NCBI RefSeq assembly: GCF_017876815.1 | Contig: NZ_JAGIOS010000002.1 | Span: forward strand, 1,530,001 to 1,562,000 | Reading direction: 5' to 3' | Source of the DNA: Sinorhizobium meliloti | Lineage (GTDB): Bacteria; Pseudomonadota; Alphaproteobacteria; Rhizobiales; Rhizobiaceae | Length of the DNA: 32,000 nucleotides | Shown: in pieces, positions 1 through 9,926 of the stretch | How the letters are laid out: each line of letters starts with the position of its first letter | Position numbering within the stretch: position 1 is the first letter of the stretch | Translations under genes and position numbers: made by a program | Notes under the pieces: model-generated | The model's input: only the letters and a program-made list of their open reading frames with translations | Told to the model about the DNA's origin: nothing | The model's database searches: none

Positions 1-1024
1 TCGGCAGGCTGACATCGAAGTTGAGGAGCAGGGGCAGCCGGTCCAGCGCGTGGCCCTCGCGGATACGCCAGAAGGTTTGAACCTCCTTTTGCGATTGCGC
101 GATCAGCGCGTCGTCGATCACGCCGTCCTCCAGGGCTCGCCCGAGAAACGCTTCGAACCGTTCGCGTTCCGCTTCATGGCCTTGCAGGTCCTCTTCCACG
201 ATGACTGCGAAAGCGGGAGTGGCTTCGAAGAGCCTGAGCCCTTCGGCCACACAATTGAAACGGAAATAGCTCTCCCATATTGCCTCATATGCGGAGAGGC
301 CGGCGAGTTCCTTCTGTGCCCGCTTGAGCAGGGCGACGACATTCTCATAGCTGTCGAGCGCGCAGAGCGCCGTCAGCCGCCCGGCCGGTAGCGGGCGCAG
401 GCGCAGCACCGCCCGCGTGATAATGCCGAGCGTGCCTTCCGAACCGATGAAGAGCTGCCGCAGGTCGTAGCCGGTGTTGTTCTTGATCATCTTGTTCATC
501 GACGAAAGCACGGTTCCGTCGGCAAGAACGGCCTCGAGCCCCAGCACATTGTCGCGCGCCACACCGTTGCGGATGACCCGGATGCCGCCGGCATTCGTGG
601 CCAGATTGCCGCCGACCTGGCAGGAGCCGCGGGCCCCTAGATCGATCGGCAACAGGAAACCCGCATCCTCGGCCGCGCGCTGGGCGACTTCGAGAGGTGT
701 TCCGGCGAGAACCGTCATCGTACCCGCCGCAGCATCGATCTCCTCGATGCCGGAAAGTCTCTCCAGCGAAATGGCAACGTCGCCAGCGCACGGATTGGCG
801 CCGCCGGCGAGCCCGGTCAAGCCGCCCTGCGGCACCACGGCCTGGCGATGCGCGTTGCAGATCCTCAGCGCGTCGGCGACCTCGGCAACGCTCGCCGGGC
901 GAACGACCGCCAAAGGGAGAATCCGGCCCGTGAGGCTCGCATCACCGCGGTGACGTTCGGCGATCCGGTCGCCGGTGAGCACGGCATCGCCGAGTGCGCT
1001 CGTGAGATCATCGATAACAGACAT
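1..1024 (-). CDS. FAD-binding oxidoreductase, GlcD / D-2-hydroxyacid dehydrogenase-like (N-terminal 341 codons; C-terminus lies beyond the left window edge)
   Basis: Absent from the ORF track because it runs off the window. My reverse-complement translation from ATG at 1024..1022 reads MSVIDDLTSALGDAVLTGDRIAERHRGD...VVPQGGLTGLAGGANP...NTGYDLRQLFIGSEGTLGIITRAVLRLRP..., the FAD_binding_4 (PCMH) pattern of GlcD-type oxidases. I translated the 5' end, a mid-section (about 420-480) and the last ~85 nt in this frame and met no stop. The ORF track lists no closed minus-strand ORF in this frame. Confidence 0.8.
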   Translation of the reverse strand, partial: MSVIDDLTSALGDAVLTGDRIAERHRGDASLTGRILPLAVVRPASVAEVADALRICNAHRQAVVPQGGLTGLAGGANPCAGDVAISLERLSGIEEIDAAAGTMTVLAGTPLEVAQRAAEDAGFLLPIDLGARGSCQVGGNLATNAGGIRVIRNGVARDNVLGLEAVLADGTVLSSMNKMIKNNTGYDLRQLFIGSEGTLGIITRAVLRLRPLPAGRLTALCALDSYENVVALLKRAQKELAGLSAYEAIWESYFRFNCVAEGLRLFEATPAFAVIVEEDLQGHEAERERFEAFLGRALEDGVIDDALIAQSQKEVQTFWRIREGHALDRLPLLLNFDVSLP

Positions 1025-1135
1025 GGAACGGTTTCTACCGCAGGATTCATTTGATCGGAACCGATTAATTCGGCAGATCAAAGCCCGGCGTGTAGACCGC
1101 GCGTAACCGCGCTTCCGCAGCCCAGGTTCACCGCC

Positions 1136-2242
1136 TCACGTGCCGGTGGCTGCGAGCACGGGCGCCTCCGCCTCTATCGGCGGTGCCGCCGCCTTCTGTC
1201 CCCCCTTGCGGAATAGCTTCCATCGCGTCGGCCGGAAGGCGATGCGCGTGTGGTCGGTGGAGGCGGCGCGTTCCGGCGGGAGTTCGATCTCGACCGGAGG
1301 GTGGGTACGTCCGAGATCGAGTTCCAGATGCCGGGTGCCAGCCACGCGCCGGCTGGCCGTGACCAGGCCGGCGAGGCAACCGCCGCAGCCGTCGATGAGT
1401 TCCACGTCGTGCGGGCGGAAATAGAGGGTTGCGGGGCCGTCCGGCTCGTTCCCGGCACGAAGGCCGATCGGGCGGTCCTCGTGCCAGATTTCACCATTGG
1501 CGAGGGTGACGTCGAGGCAGTTCGACTGGCCGATGAAGCCGTAGACGAAGGGCGAGACCGGATGGTCATAGATCTCGTCGGGCGTGCCGACCTGCTCGAT
1601 CGCGCCCTTGCTCATCACGACGACGCGGTCGGCAAGCTCGAGTGCTTCCTCCTGGTCGTGGGTGACGAAGATCGTCGTGTGGCCGGTGCGGTCGTGGATT
1701 TCGCGCAGCCACCGCCTCAGCTCCTTGCGCACCTGCGCATCGAGCGCGCCGAAAGGCTCGTCGAGGAGCAGAACGTTGGGTTCGACGGCCATGGCGCGGG
1801 CGAGTGCGACGCGTTGGCGCTGCCCGCCGGAAAGCTGGGCCGGGTAGCGTTTCTCCAGCCCGGAGAGCTGCACCAGTTCCAGCAGGTCGAGCGCCCTGCG
1901 GCGGATGTCGGCAGCCGCCGGCCGCAGTTTGGCGGGCCGCACCTTCAGACCGAAGGCGACGTTGTCGAGCACCGTCATGTGGCGGAAAAGCGCGTAATGC
2001 TGGAAAACGAAGCCGATGTTGCGTTCCTGCACGGTCTTTTTCGACGCATCCTCGTCGCCGAAGAAAATCGTACCTTCGGTCGGGCTTTCGAGCCCGGCGA
2101 CCAGCCTCAGCAGCGTGGTCTTGCCGGAGCCGGAGGGGCCGAGGAGCGCGATCAGTTCACCCGACCGGATGTCGAGGGAAACGTCTTCGAGTGCGGGAAA
2201 GCGGCCGAATTCCTTGCGTATGTTCTGGACGCGGACTTCCAT
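1136..2242 (-). CDS. cysA: sulfate/thiosulfate ABC transporter ATP-binding protein CysA
   Basis: 368-aa ORF with Walker [13 protein letters not shown] signature LSGGQRQR and Walker B LLLDEPF, plus a C-terminal regulatory (TOBE-like) tail. It is the last gene in the canonical sbp-cysT-cysW-cysA order. Confidence 0.9.
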   Translation of the reverse strand: MEVRVQNIRKEFGRFPALEDVSLDIRSGELIALLGPSGSGKTTLLRLVAGLESPTEGTIFFGDEDASKKTVQERNIGFVFQHYALFRHMTVLDNVAFGLKVRPAKLRPAAADIRRRALDLLELVQLSGLEKRYPAQLSGGQRQRVALARAMAVEPNVLLLDEPFGALDAQVRKELRRWLREIHDRTGHTTIFVTHDQEEALELADRVVVMSKGAIEQVGTPDEIYDHPVSPFVYGFIGQSNCLDVTLANGEIWHEDRPIGLRAGNEPDGPATLYFRPHDVELIDGCGGCLAGLVTASRRVAGTRHLELDLGRTHPPVEIELPPERAASTDHTRIAFRPTRWKLFRKGGQKAAAPPIEAEAPVLAATGT

Positions 2243-2257
2243 GGAGGTCTGGACCTT

Positions 2258-3139
2258 TCAGTGCCTGCGGCTGGCAGCGATCTCGTCGCTGTAGCGAAGT
2301 TCAAGAGCAGTCTTCAAAACGAGCGTTACCAGCGCCAGGAGCGCGAGGAGCGCTGCCACCGCAAATGCGGCGACGAAATTATATTCATTATAGAGGATTT
2401 CGACCTGCAACGGCATGGTGTTCGTTTGGCCGCGAATATGGCCGGACACGACCGAGACCGCACCGAACTCGCCCATGGCGCGGGCATTGCAAAGAAGCAC
2501 GCCGTAGAGCAGGCCCCATTTTATATTGGGAAGCGTCACATGCCAGAAGGTCTGCCAGCCGGTGGCCCCGAGCGAGAGTGCCGCTTCCTCGTCGGCCGTT
2601 CCCTGTTCCTGCATCAGCGGAATCAATTCACGCGCGACGAAGGGGAAGGTCACGAAGACGGTGGCGAGCACGAGGCCGGGAACGGCAAAGAGGATCTGGA
2701 TGCCGTAGCTCTGCAGGATCGGTCCGAGCACGCTGTGGGAGCTGAAAAGCAGCACGAAAACGAGGCCGGAGATCACAGGCGAAACGGAGAAGGGAAGGTC
2801 GATCAGCGTCGTCAGGAACGCCTTGCCCTTGAACTCGAATTTCGCGATGGCCCAGGCAGCCGCCACCCCGAAGACGAGATTGAGCGGCACGGCGATCCCC
2901 GCGACGAGCAGTGTCAACCGGATTGCGGAAAAGGTCTCGGGATCGCCAAGCGCCGTGACGAACTCCATCGCTCCTTTGCGGAACGCCTCGATGAACACCG
3001 TGGCGAGCGGCAGAAGCAGGAAGAGCGCGACGAAACCGAGCGCTACGATGGTCAGGACCACGCGCGAAAGCCGCGTTTCCGACGTTGCGGCCGTCACAAG
3101 CGTATTAGAGGCGTAGCCGGCATCATGCGCCATAACCAT
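2258..3139 (-). CDS. cysW: sulfate ABC transporter permease CysW
   Basis: 293-aa polytopic membrane ORF with multiple hydrophobic helices. Its position between cysT and cysA, with a 15-bp gap to cysA, fits CysW. Its start region overlaps the cysT stop. Confidence 0.85.
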   Translation of the reverse strand: MVMAHDAGYASNTLVTAATSETRLSRVVLTIVALGFVALFLLLPLATVFIEAFRKGAMEFVTALGDPETFSAIRLTLLVAGIAVPLNLVFGVAAAWAIAKFEFKGKAFLTTLIDLPFSVSPVISGLVFVLLFSSHSVLGPILQSYGIQILFAVPGLVLATVFVTFPFVARELIPLMQEQGTADEEAALSLGATGWQTFWHVTLPNIKWGLLYGVLLCNARAMGEFGAVSVVSGHIRGQTNTMPLQVEILYNEYNFVAAFAVAALLALLALVTLVLKTALELRYSDEIAASRRH

Positions 3140-3989
3140 ATCTCCGTCTGCTCCACGCCTGGATCACATTGATGACCAGCAGCATCATGAAGGAAAGCAG
3201 GAGCATCACCGCGGCGATCGCAGTTGCTGCCGGATAGTTGAACTCCTCCAGGCGGATGACGATCAGAAGCGGCGCGATCTCCGAGACATAGGGTAGGTTG
3301 CCGGCGATGAAGATCACCGAACCATATTCGCCGACGCCGCGGGCAAAGGCGAGTGCGAAGCCGGTCAACCCGGCAGGCAGGAGACCGGGCAACAAGACCC
3401 GGCTGATCGTCTGGAAGCGGGTGGCGCCGAGGGTCGCAGCCGCCTCTTCGACTTCCTTGTCGATCTCTTCCATGATCGGCTGCACGGTACGCACGACGAA
3501 GGGCAAGCCGACGAAGATCAGCGCCACGACGATCCCGGCAGGGGTGAAGGCGATCTTGATGCCGAGCGGAGCGAGCAGCGAGCCGATCCAGCCGTTCGGC
3601 GCATAAAGCGTCGTCAGTGCAATGCCGGCGACCGCTGTCGGCAGGGCGAAGGGCAGATCGACCATGGCGTCGATCACGCGCTTGCCGGGGAAGCGATAGC
3701 GCACGAGAACCCAGGCGAGGAGCACGCCGAAGACGAGGTTGACGACGGCTGCGATGAAGGCCGTGCCGAAGCTGATCGTCAATGCGTTGACCGTGCGCTC
3801 GTCAAGCGCCAGCTCCATGAATTTCGACCATCCGAGGCCACTGGAGCGCCACAGCAGACCGGAGAGAGGAATGAGGACGATGATGGTGAGCCATGCCAGC
3901 GTGACGCCGAGCGCCAATCCGAAACCCGGAATGACGCTCGGCTGCCGGAACCGCCATCGCGTGCTGCTGCGAGCGGCCATGGATATCAT
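3123..3989 (-). CDS. cysT: sulfate ABC transporter permease CysT (CysU)
   Basis: 288-aa polytopic membrane ORF. The start ATG (3989..3987) overlaps the sbp stop codon in an ATGA junction. It occupies the second position of the sulfate operon. Confidence 0.85.
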   Translation of the reverse strand: MISMAARSSTRWRFRQPSVIPGFGLALGVTLAWLTIIVLIPLSGLLWRSSGLGWSKFMELALDERTVNALTISFGTAFIAAVVNLVFGVLLAWVLVRYRFPGKRVIDAMVDLPFALPTAVAGIALTTLYAPNGWIGSLLAPLGIKIAFTPAGIVVALIFVGLPFVVRTVQPIMEEIDKEVEEAAATLGATRFQTISRVLLPGLLPAGLTGFALAFARGVGEYGSVIFIAGNLPYVSEIAPLLIVIRLEEFNYPAATAIAAVMLLLSFMMLLVINVIQAWSRRRYGYGA

Positions 3990-5011
3990 TGCCCCGGTCT
4001 GTAGATCTGGTCGAAGACCCCGCCATCGCCGAAGAATTTCGGCTGAGCTTCCTTCCAGCCGCCGAAATCGTCGATCGATACGAGCTTCAATTCGGTGAAG
4101 CGCGCGGTGTCCTTGGGATCCGCCAGTTCAGGCTTGAACGGCCGGTAGTAGTGCTTGGCCGCGATCTTCTGCCCGACATCGCTGTAGAGATAGTCGAGAT
4201 AGGCCTCGGCGACCTTGCGCGTGCCCTTGCTGTCGACGTTGCCATCGACCAGCGCAACGGGGGGCTCGGCCTTGATCGAGATCGACGGCGTGACGATGTC
4301 GAAATTATCGGGGCCCAGCTCTTCCAGTGACAGATAGGCTTCGTTCTCCCAGGCCAGCAACACATCGCCAAGGCCGCGCTGGACGAAGGTGGTCGTCGCG
4401 CCGCGCGCGCCGGTGTCGAGAACCGGCACATGCTTGAAGAGCTGCGCCACATATTCTTGCGCCTTCGCATCGTCTCCGTTATTGGCGGCACGTGCCCAGG
4501 CCCAGGCGGCCAGGAAATTCCAGCGAGCGCCGCCCGAAGTCTTCGGGTTGGGCGTGATCACCTGCACATCCTCCCTGACGAGATCGCCCCAATCCTTGAT
4601 GCCTTTGGGGTTGCCCTTGCGGACGAGGAAGACGATGGTCGAGGTGTAGGGCGCGCTGTTGTTATCGAAGCGGGACTTCCAATCGACGGGGATCTTGCCG
4701 CTTTCCTTGGCGATCGCGTCGATATCCGCTTCGAGTGCCAGCGTCACGACGTCCGCCTCCAGGCCGTCGATGACCGAACGGGCCTGCTTGCCGGAACCGC
4801 CATGCGATGTCTGGATCGTCACGGTTTCGCCGGTGTCGGCCTGCCATTTTTCGGCAAAGGCCGCATTGAATTCCTTGTAAAGCTCCCGAGTCGGGTCGTA
4901 GGACACGTTCAGAATTGTCGTGTCCGCATGCGCGAGGCTAATCGAGCCAAGTTGCAGGCTTCCGACGATAAGCGCCAATTTCACTATTCCGGCAAGACTA
5001 TTCGAGCTCAT
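3986..5011 (-). CDS. sbp: periplasmic sulfate-binding protein (Sbp/CysP)
   Basis: The ORF track gives 3986..5023. I prefer the ATG at 5011 ([29 protein letters not shown]|DTT, a signal peptide) because GGAGG lies 5 nt upstream of it. The mature protein is about 310 aa with sulfate/thiosulfate SBP-like sequence, and it is the first gene of the cysTWA operon. Confidence 0.85.
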   Translation of the reverse strand: MSSNSLAGIVKLALIVGSLQLGSISLAHADTTILNVSYDPTRELYKEFNAAFAEKWQADTGETVTIQTSHGGSGKQARSVIDGLEADVVTLALEADIDAIAKESGKIPVDWKSRFDNNSAPYTSTIVFLVRKGNPKGIKDWGDLVREDVQVITPNPKTSGGARWNFLAAWAWARAANNGDDAKAQEYVAQLFKHVPVLDTGARGATTTFVQRGLGDVLLAWENEAYLSLEELGPDNFDIVTPSISIKAEPPVALVDGNVDSKGTRKVAEAYLDYLYSDVGQKIAAKHYYRPFKPELADPKDTARFTELKLVSIDDFGGWKEAQPKFFGDGGVFDQIYRPGQ

Positions 5012-5274
5012 TTCGACCTCCATCTTTTGCCAGATAAAGCTACCGATTTGGTAGACTACGGCAACGCAAACTTATGATGCTTCGAGGTGGATTCTTGAAA
5101 AGTCCTATCAATATGCGAGCTGCTGAAAGAATGCCGTGCCTGTCATCGGTCTTGGGCCACATCGCCGATAAGATAGCACGACATTTTAGAAATGCACTGA
5201 AATAGTGGACTAATAGTTTTCGGCTGACGACAGGCCCTGAGCTCTCCCTTTGCGGCGTCGTGACCGGGCGCCGA

Positions 5275-6333
5275 TCAGAGGACGCGGCCGCGGGCGACAA
5301 CCGGCCATGTCCCTTTTGGCCCCCCGCTCTCGATGACGTGGACTGCGTCGACCATGTTGGTCACGACGCAGGCATGGTTCGGAACGATGCGGACCAGTTC
5401 GCCGACATGGAGACCGATCGGACCGTCCGAGACAAGGCGGCCATGCTCCTCGGAGAGCTGGTCGATACGTATGTCGTCGCGGCCGAGCACGTGGCCGTAG
5501 CCGGTGAGACCTAGCAGGTCGGATGTCAGGACCTTGCTGCCGGCGTCGATGATCGCCCGGTTTTCGCTGGGAACCGAGACCACGGTCGCGAGCACTGTGA
5601 GGGCACAGTCTTCCCATGATGCCACGCCACGGGCAACCAGCGACCGATCGTTGTAGATGTACGTGCCCGGCCTGTGCTCGCTTGCTATCGGCGCTTCGGC
5701 TGCCTGCATCATACCGGGCGTGCCCCCTGATGTAATGCACGGAACTTCGAGCCCCTCTGCCTCGATCAGCCGCTTCGCCTCGCTCATGAAGGCCTGGACG
5801 CGTGCGGCGCCATCGGCCGGCGGATAGGTCATCAATCCGCCGAAGCGCAGTCCCGGTGCCTCGGCGATGCGCCGGGCAAGGCGCGCCGCCTCGGACGGAG
5901 TCCCGACGCCGCAGCGATCTGCCCCGGTGTTGCATTCGACGAGCACGGTCAAGGGCTTACCGGCATCGGCGAAGAAAGCTGCGAGCCCGTCGACGACGGT
6001 CGCATTGTCCCCAACGACGCTGACCGTCACCCTCTCGTTGAGCCGCGCCAGCCGCGCGAGCTTCTCCTCGCCGAGGAGGTTGTAGGTGATCAGCACGTCC
6101 TTGATCCGGGCGCTGCCGTCGACCATCGCCTCCGCCTCCGTCACCTTCTGGCAGGTGATGCCGATCGCCCCTGCATCGAGCTGCAGCTCCGCCATCTGCG
6201 GAAGCTTGTGGGTCTTTATGTGCGGGCGCACGCGGATGCCGTGCCGGTCGGCATAGGCCTGAAACGCAACGACATTGCGACGGGCGATATCGAGATCGAC
6301 CAGCACGGCGGGAGTTTCGATCGGCAGGGTCAT
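5275..6333 (-). CDS. D-TA family PLP-dependent enzyme (alanine-racemase-fold D-threonine aldolase / D-serine or D-hydroxy-amino-acid dehydratase family)
   Basis: 352-aa ORF. The N-terminus MTLPIETPAVLVDLDIARRNV...RPHIKTHKLPQ carries the PLP-lysine motif (H-x-K-T-H-K) typical of the fold-type III D-TA/DSD1 family. The C-terminal segment EEHG...RIVPNHAC matches the family's metal/substrate region. Confidence 0.8.
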   Translation of the reverse strand: MTLPIETPAVLVDLDIARRNVVAFQAYADRHGIRVRPHIKTHKLPQMAELQLDAGAIGITCQKVTEAEAMVDGSARIKDVLITYNLLGEEKLARLARLNERVTVSVVGDNATVVDGLAAFFADAGKPLTVLVECNTGADRCGVGTPSEAARLARRIAEAPGLRFGGLMTYPPADGAARVQAFMSEAKRLIEAEGLEVPCITSGGTPGMMQAAEAPIASEHRPGTYIYNDRSLVARGVASWEDCALTVLATVVSVPSENRAIIDAGSKVLTSDLLGLTGYGHVLGRDDIRIDQLSEEHGRLVSDGPIGLHVGELVRIVPNHACVVTNMVDAVHVIESGGPKGTWPVVARGRVL

Positions 6334-6386
6334 GCGGGCGTTTCCTCAATGCGAATTGGATCGGCGGCGAATGTAGCCGATCCTGC

Positions 6387-6415
6387 TTGACAAGTAATGG
6401 CCCAAGGCATTTGAT
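6387..6415 (+). promoter_or_regulatory. candidate sigma-70-type promoter for the amino-acid ABC operon (TTGACA-N17-TTTGAT)
   Basis: TTGACA at 6387-6392, a 17-nt spacer and TTTGAT at 6410-6415, about 75 nt upstream of the SBP start at 6492. A 7-bp inverted repeat GATCGGC-N10-GCCGATC (6359-6382) sits immediately upstream. Confidence 0.4.
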
Positions 6416-6491
6416 GGGTCAATCCGTTATTCAGGACGCATGTCCAATATACCGGAAATCTATGCGTGGGAACAAAAGGGGAGATCTTTCG

Positions 6492-7334
6492 ATGATCAGC
6501 AAATTCACGGTCGCCGCGAGCTTCGTCGCCGCCGTGCTGGCGGCAATGCCGGCGCAAGCGCAACAGGCATCGAGCAAGCTCGACGAAGTTCTGAGCCGCG
6601 GCCATCTGATACTCGGTACCGGCAGCACAAACGCGCCGTGGCACTTCAAGAGCGCCGAAGACAAGCTCCAGGGTTTCGACGTCGACATGGGCCGTATCAT
6701 CGCAAAGGCGCTGTTCGGCGATCCGGAGAAGATCGAGTTCGTCAACCAGTCGTCCGATGCCCGTATTCCGAACATCACCACCGGCAAGGTGGATATCACC
6801 TGCCAATTCATGACGGTTACCGGGGAACGCGCTCAGCAGATCGCCTTCACAATTCCCTATTACCGTGAAGGCGTCGGCCTAATGCTGAAGGCGGACGGCA
6901 AGTATGCCGATTATGACGGGCTGAAAGCTGCCGGCTCGTCGGTAAAGATTTCCGTGCTGCAGAACGTCTATGCCGAGGACATGGTCCATGCGGCCTTGCC
7001 GGAGGCGACGGTCGACCAGTACGAATCCGTCGACCTGATCTATCAGGCGCTCGAATCCGGACGCGCCGATGCCGCCGCCACCGACCAGTCCTCGCTCGCC
7101 TGGTACATGACCCAGAACTCCGGGCGCTACAAGGACGCAGGCTATGGCTGGAATCCGCAGACCTATGCTTGCGGCGTCCGGCGCGGTGATCAGGACTGGC
7201 TGAACTTCGTCAACACGGCGCTGCACGAAGCCATGACCGGTGTCGAATTCGATTTCTATGCCAAGTCGTTCAAGACCTGGTTCGGCAAGGACCTCACCCC
7301 GCCGCAGATCGGTTTCCCCATCGAGTACAAGTGA
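6492..7334 (+). CDS. polar amino acid (PAAT-type) ABC transporter substrate-binding protein
   Basis: ORF track frame 6387..7334, trimmed to the ATG at 6492. That start is preceded by AAAGGGGAGA and gives the signal peptide MISKFTVAASFVAAVLAAMPAQA|QQ. It has a family-3 SBP-like body and is followed by two permeases and an ATPase. Confidence 0.85.
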   Translation: MISKFTVAASFVAAVLAAMPAQAQQASSKLDEVLSRGHLILGTGSTNAPWHFKSAEDKLQGFDVDMGRIIAKALFGDPEKIEFVNQSSDARIPNITTGKVDITCQFMTVTGERAQQIAFTIPYYREGVGLMLKADGKYADYDGLKAAGSSVKISVLQNVYAEDMVHAALPEATVDQYESVDLIYQALESGRADAAATDQSSLAWYMTQNSGRYKDAGYGWNPQTYACGVRRGDQDWLNFVNTALHEAMTGVEFDFYAKSFKTWFGKDLTPPQIGFPIEYK

Positions 7335-7396
7335 GCCCTGCCAATGGCGGCTCCGCCTGTTGGCGGAGCTGCCTGTACCATGAAACGGCTGCTTCC

Positions 7397-8059
7397 ATGA
7401 CATATTCCTTGAACTTCGCGGCTGTGTGGCGCTCGTTCGACCTACTTCTCGAAGGCCTGGCGCTCAGCCTCGGCCTGGCATTTGTCGCGATCCTCGCCGG
7501 TTGCGTGATCGGGCTGATCACGGCTTTTGGGCTCGTTTCCAGGAGGGCGTTGCTGCGCAAGCCTGCCGGGCTCTACGTCACCGTGATCCGCAACACGCCG
7601 GTCCTTGTCCTCGTCCTCTTCAGCTATTTCGCGCTCCCAGAGCTCGGGGTCCGGCTCGGCAAGATCGAGAGCTTCGTGGCGACGCTTGCAATGTATTCGG
7701 GGGCCTATCTTGCCGAAGTGTTTCGCGGCGGTCTCATCGCCATACCGCCGGGACAGCGGGAGGCGGGGCTCGCGATCGGGCTTACGGAGATGCAGATCCG
7801 CACGTCGATCATCATTCCGCTGATGCTGCGCAGCGTCCTGCCGTCGCTCGGCAGTACGATGATCTCGCTTTTCAAGGATACCTCGCTCGCCGCCGCGATC
7901 GCCGTTCCGGAACTCACCTTCGAGGCACGCAAGATCAACGTCGAGACCTTCCGCGTCATCGAGACCTGGATCGTTGCGAGCTGCCTCTATGTCGCAACCT
8001 GTTCGCTGCTGGCCGCGCTGATGCGCGCCGCCGAGCGGCGTCTTGCAGTGCCGAGGTGA
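7397..8059 (+). CDS. amino acid ABC transporter permease (His/Glu/Gln/Arg/opine family)
   Basis: Frame of ORF 7331..8059, trimmed to the ATG at 7397 ([25 protein letters not shown]...). About 220 aa, with the typical N-terminal motif and hydrophobic helices of PAAT permeases. Confidence 0.85.
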   Translation: MTYSLNFAAVWRSFDLLLEGLALSLGLAFVAILAGCVIGLITAFGLVSRRALLRKPAGLYVTVIRNTPVLVLVLFSYFALPELGVRLGKIESFVATLAMYSGAYLAEVFRGGLIAIPPGQREAGLAIGLTEMQIRTSIIIPLMLRSVLPSLGSTMISLFKDTSLAAAIAVPELTFEARKINVETFRVIETWIVASCLYVATCSLLAALMRAAERRLAVPR

Positions 8060-8064
8060 CCGTC

Positions 8065-8724
8065 ATGGATTTCTCTTTTCTCGATCAGCTCTGGCTTGCC
8101 CGCATTCCGCTCCTAAAGGGGCTCGGCGTCTCCGTCTCGATATCGCTTCTCTCGATCGTCCTCGGCACCGTGCTGGGCGTTTTCGTCGGTCTGGCGCTCG
8201 TCTACGGATTTCGTCCCGTCAGGTGGATCGTGCGCGGTTACACCGATTTTATCCGCGGCACGCCGGTGCTCGTCCTGGTGCTCGCGAGCTACTACGTCCT
8301 GAGCACAATCGGCATCGATCTCGGGCCGTTCCAGGCCGGTGTTCTGGCGCTTGCCGTCTTCTGCAGCTCGCATGTAGGCGAACTGGTGCGCGGCGCGCTG
8401 CAATCGATCCCCAAGGGACAGACCGAAGCCGCCAAGGCGATCGGTTTGACCTTCGCGCAAACCTTCACCTATGTGCTCGGCCCGCAGGCGTTGCGGCAGG
8501 CACTTCCTGCCTGGGTCAACACTGCGGCCGAGATGGTCAAGGCATCGACGCTACTTTCGATCATCGGCGTGAGCGAGTTGCTGCTGCGGACGCAGGAGGT
8601 GATCTCCCGCACCTTCATGAGCCTCGAATTCTATTTCTTCGCGGGCTTTCTCTATTTCGTCATCAATTACGGCATCGAGCGCTTCGGCCGTTACGTCGAG
8701 CGCAAGACCGCCGTTCCATCGTGA
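8065..8724 (+). CDS. amino acid ABC transporter permease (second subunit)
   Basis: This is the real 3' part of the 432-aa track ORF 7426..8724. The start is the ATG at 8065 ([29 protein letters not shown]...), 5 nt after the previous stop. About 219 aa and hydrophobic. Confidence 0.85.
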   Translation: MDFSFLDQLWLARIPLLKGLGVSVSISLLSIVLGTVLGVFVGLALVYGFRPVRWIVRGYTDFIRGTPVLVLVLASYYVLSTIGIDLGPFQAGVLALAVFCSSHVGELVRGALQSIPKGQTEAAKAIGLTFAQTFTYVLGPQALRQALPAWVNTAAEMVKASTLLSIIGVSELLLRTQEVISRTFMSLEFYFFAGFLYFVINYGIERFGRYVERKTAVPS

Positions 8725-8738
8725 GGCTTCGCAATCCG

Positions 8739-9506
8739 ATGACCAATCTTCTCGAAATCCGCGATCTTCACAAACGCTACGGCACGGTCGAGGTGCTGAA
8801 GGGGGTCGATTGCTCGATGCGCCAGGGGGAGGTGATCAGCATCATCGGCTCCAGCGGCTCCGGCAAGACGACGATGCTTCGCTGCATCAACATGCTGGAG
8901 GAGTTTCAGGGCGGCACGATCGCCATCGACGGCCAGGAGATCGGCTACGAGACTGCAGGAGGCGCTCGCCGGCGCAAGCCTGAGCGGGAGATCGCCCGCC
9001 AGCGCGCGCTGACCGGCATGGCCTTCCAGCAGTTCAACCTGTTTCCGCACATGACCGCCGCCGCCAATGTCATGCTCGGGCTCGTCAAGGTGAAAAAGAT
9101 GAGCCGCGACGAGGCGATGGTGCTTGCCGAGAAATGGCTCGATCGGGTCGGCCTGCTCTCGCGCAAAGATCATTATCCGGGGCAGCTTTCCGGCGGCCAG
9201 CAGCAACGCGTGGCGATCGCCCGTGCCATCGCCATGAATCCGAAGCTCATGCTCTTTGACGAGGTCACTTCGGCGCTCGATCCGGAGCTCGTCAACGAGG
9301 TACTGCAGGTCATCAAGGGGCTCGCCGAGGATGGGATGAGCATGCTGATCGTCACCCACGAGATGCGCTTCGCCTACGAGGTCTCGTCCCGGGTGATCTT
9401 CATGAACCAGGGGCGCATCGGCGAGGAGGGGGATCCGCGCGAGATGTTCCTGAAACCGAGGACCGAACGCCTGGCGGAGTTTCTGAAGACCTCGACGTTC
9501 AACTGA
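8739..9506 (+). CDS. amino acid ABC transporter ATP-binding protein (OccP/NocP/HisP-like)
   Basis: This is the real 3' part of track ORF 8043..9506. The start is the ATG at 8739 ([15 protein letters not shown]...). It has Walker [10 protein letters not shown], signature LSGGQQQRV and Walker [13 protein letters not shown]. The insertion after the Q-loop region ([21 protein letters not shown]) resembles that seen in opine/histidine-type ATPases. Confidence 0.9.
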   Translation: MTNLLEIRDLHKRYGTVEVLKGVDCSMRQGEVISIIGSSGSGKTTMLRCINMLEEFQGGTIAIDGQEIGYETAGGARRRKPEREIARQRALTGMAFQQFNLFPHMTAAANVMLGLVKVKKMSRDEAMVLAEKWLDRVGLLSRKDHYPGQLSGGQQQRVAIARAIAMNPKLMLFDEVTSALDPELVNEVLQVIKGLAEDGMSMLIVTHEMRFAYEVSSRVIFMNQGRIGEEGDPREMFLKPRTERLAEFLKTSTFN

Positions 9507-9542
9507 GCAACCAATGAATTTGAAGAAGAAGTGGAGTGAAGC

Positions 9543-9926
9543 GTGACGATCAAGCGTTATGGAACGGGCGAAACCGGTGCGGGCAAGCAGCACCTTCCAT
9601 TTGCACGCGCCGTGGAGGCGAACGGGTGGCTCTATCTTTCCGGTCAGGTCGCCATGGAGGCGGGCGAGATCGTCGGCGGCGGGATCGTCGCGGAAAGCCG
9701 CAAGGCGATCGAGAACATGATCGCAATCCTGCACGAAGCCGGCTATGGGCTCGAAGATGTGGTGCGTGTCGGCGTCTGGCTCGACGACCCGCGTGACTTC
9801 TGGACCTTCAACGGCGTCTATGCGGAGTATTTCGGCGCCAACCCGCCGGCCCGCGCCTGCGTCCAGTCACGCATGATGGTCGACTGCAAGGTCGAAGTTG
9901 ACTGCGTCGCCTACAAGGCTAAATGA
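9543..9926 (+). CDS. RidA/YjgF/TdcF-family reactive enamine-imine deaminase
   Basis: 127-aa ORF with a GTG start, typical RidA size and sequence (...ARAVEANGWLYLSGQVA...SRKAIENMIAILHEAGYGLEDVVRVGVWL...ARACVQ...VEVDCVA). Confidence 0.85.
   Translation: MTIKRYGTGETGAGKQHLPFARAVEANGWLYLSGQVAMEAGEIVGGGIVAESRKAIENMIAILHEAGYGLEDVVRVGVWLDDPRDFWTFNGVYAEYFGANPPARACVQSRMMVDCKVEVDCVAYKAK

Noticed and set aside
1025-1135. Small palindromes (for example GCGCGTAACCGCGC) between the oxidase start and the cysA stop, as a possible terminator
   Set aside because: The stems are only 4-5 bp with no U-tract, which is too weak to call.
1250-3172. 640-aa plus-strand ORF, the longest in this part of the window
   Set aside because: It lies entirely antisense to cysA and cysW, which have clear ABC motifs. 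Its translation is low-complexity and rich in Arg/Gly/Ala/Asp/Glu with no recognisable motif. This is a typical shadow ORF of a high-GC genome, where stop codons are rare in the antisense frame.
5164-5189. Short motifs shared by the sbp leader and the cysD leader: GCCGATA at 5164-5170 and 18589-18595; CTAAAAT as its reverse complement at 5183-5189 and directly at 18713-18719. These might indicate a common sulfur regulator site
   Set aside because: The matches are only 7-mers. They occur in opposite orientations relative to the genes and at inconsistent distances from the starts (about 155/175 nt versus about 140/20 nt). Matches like this are expected by chance in AT-rich leaders.
5040-5300. 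86-aa minus-strand ORF inside the sbp upstream region. Other 60-90-aa intergenic ORFs include 18463..18669, 18655..18870, 26582..26818 and 31455..31667
   Set aside because: They have no ribosome-binding sites or motifs. They overlap promoter or leader regions or the ends of well-supported genes, and their compositions look random. I treat them as chance ORFs.
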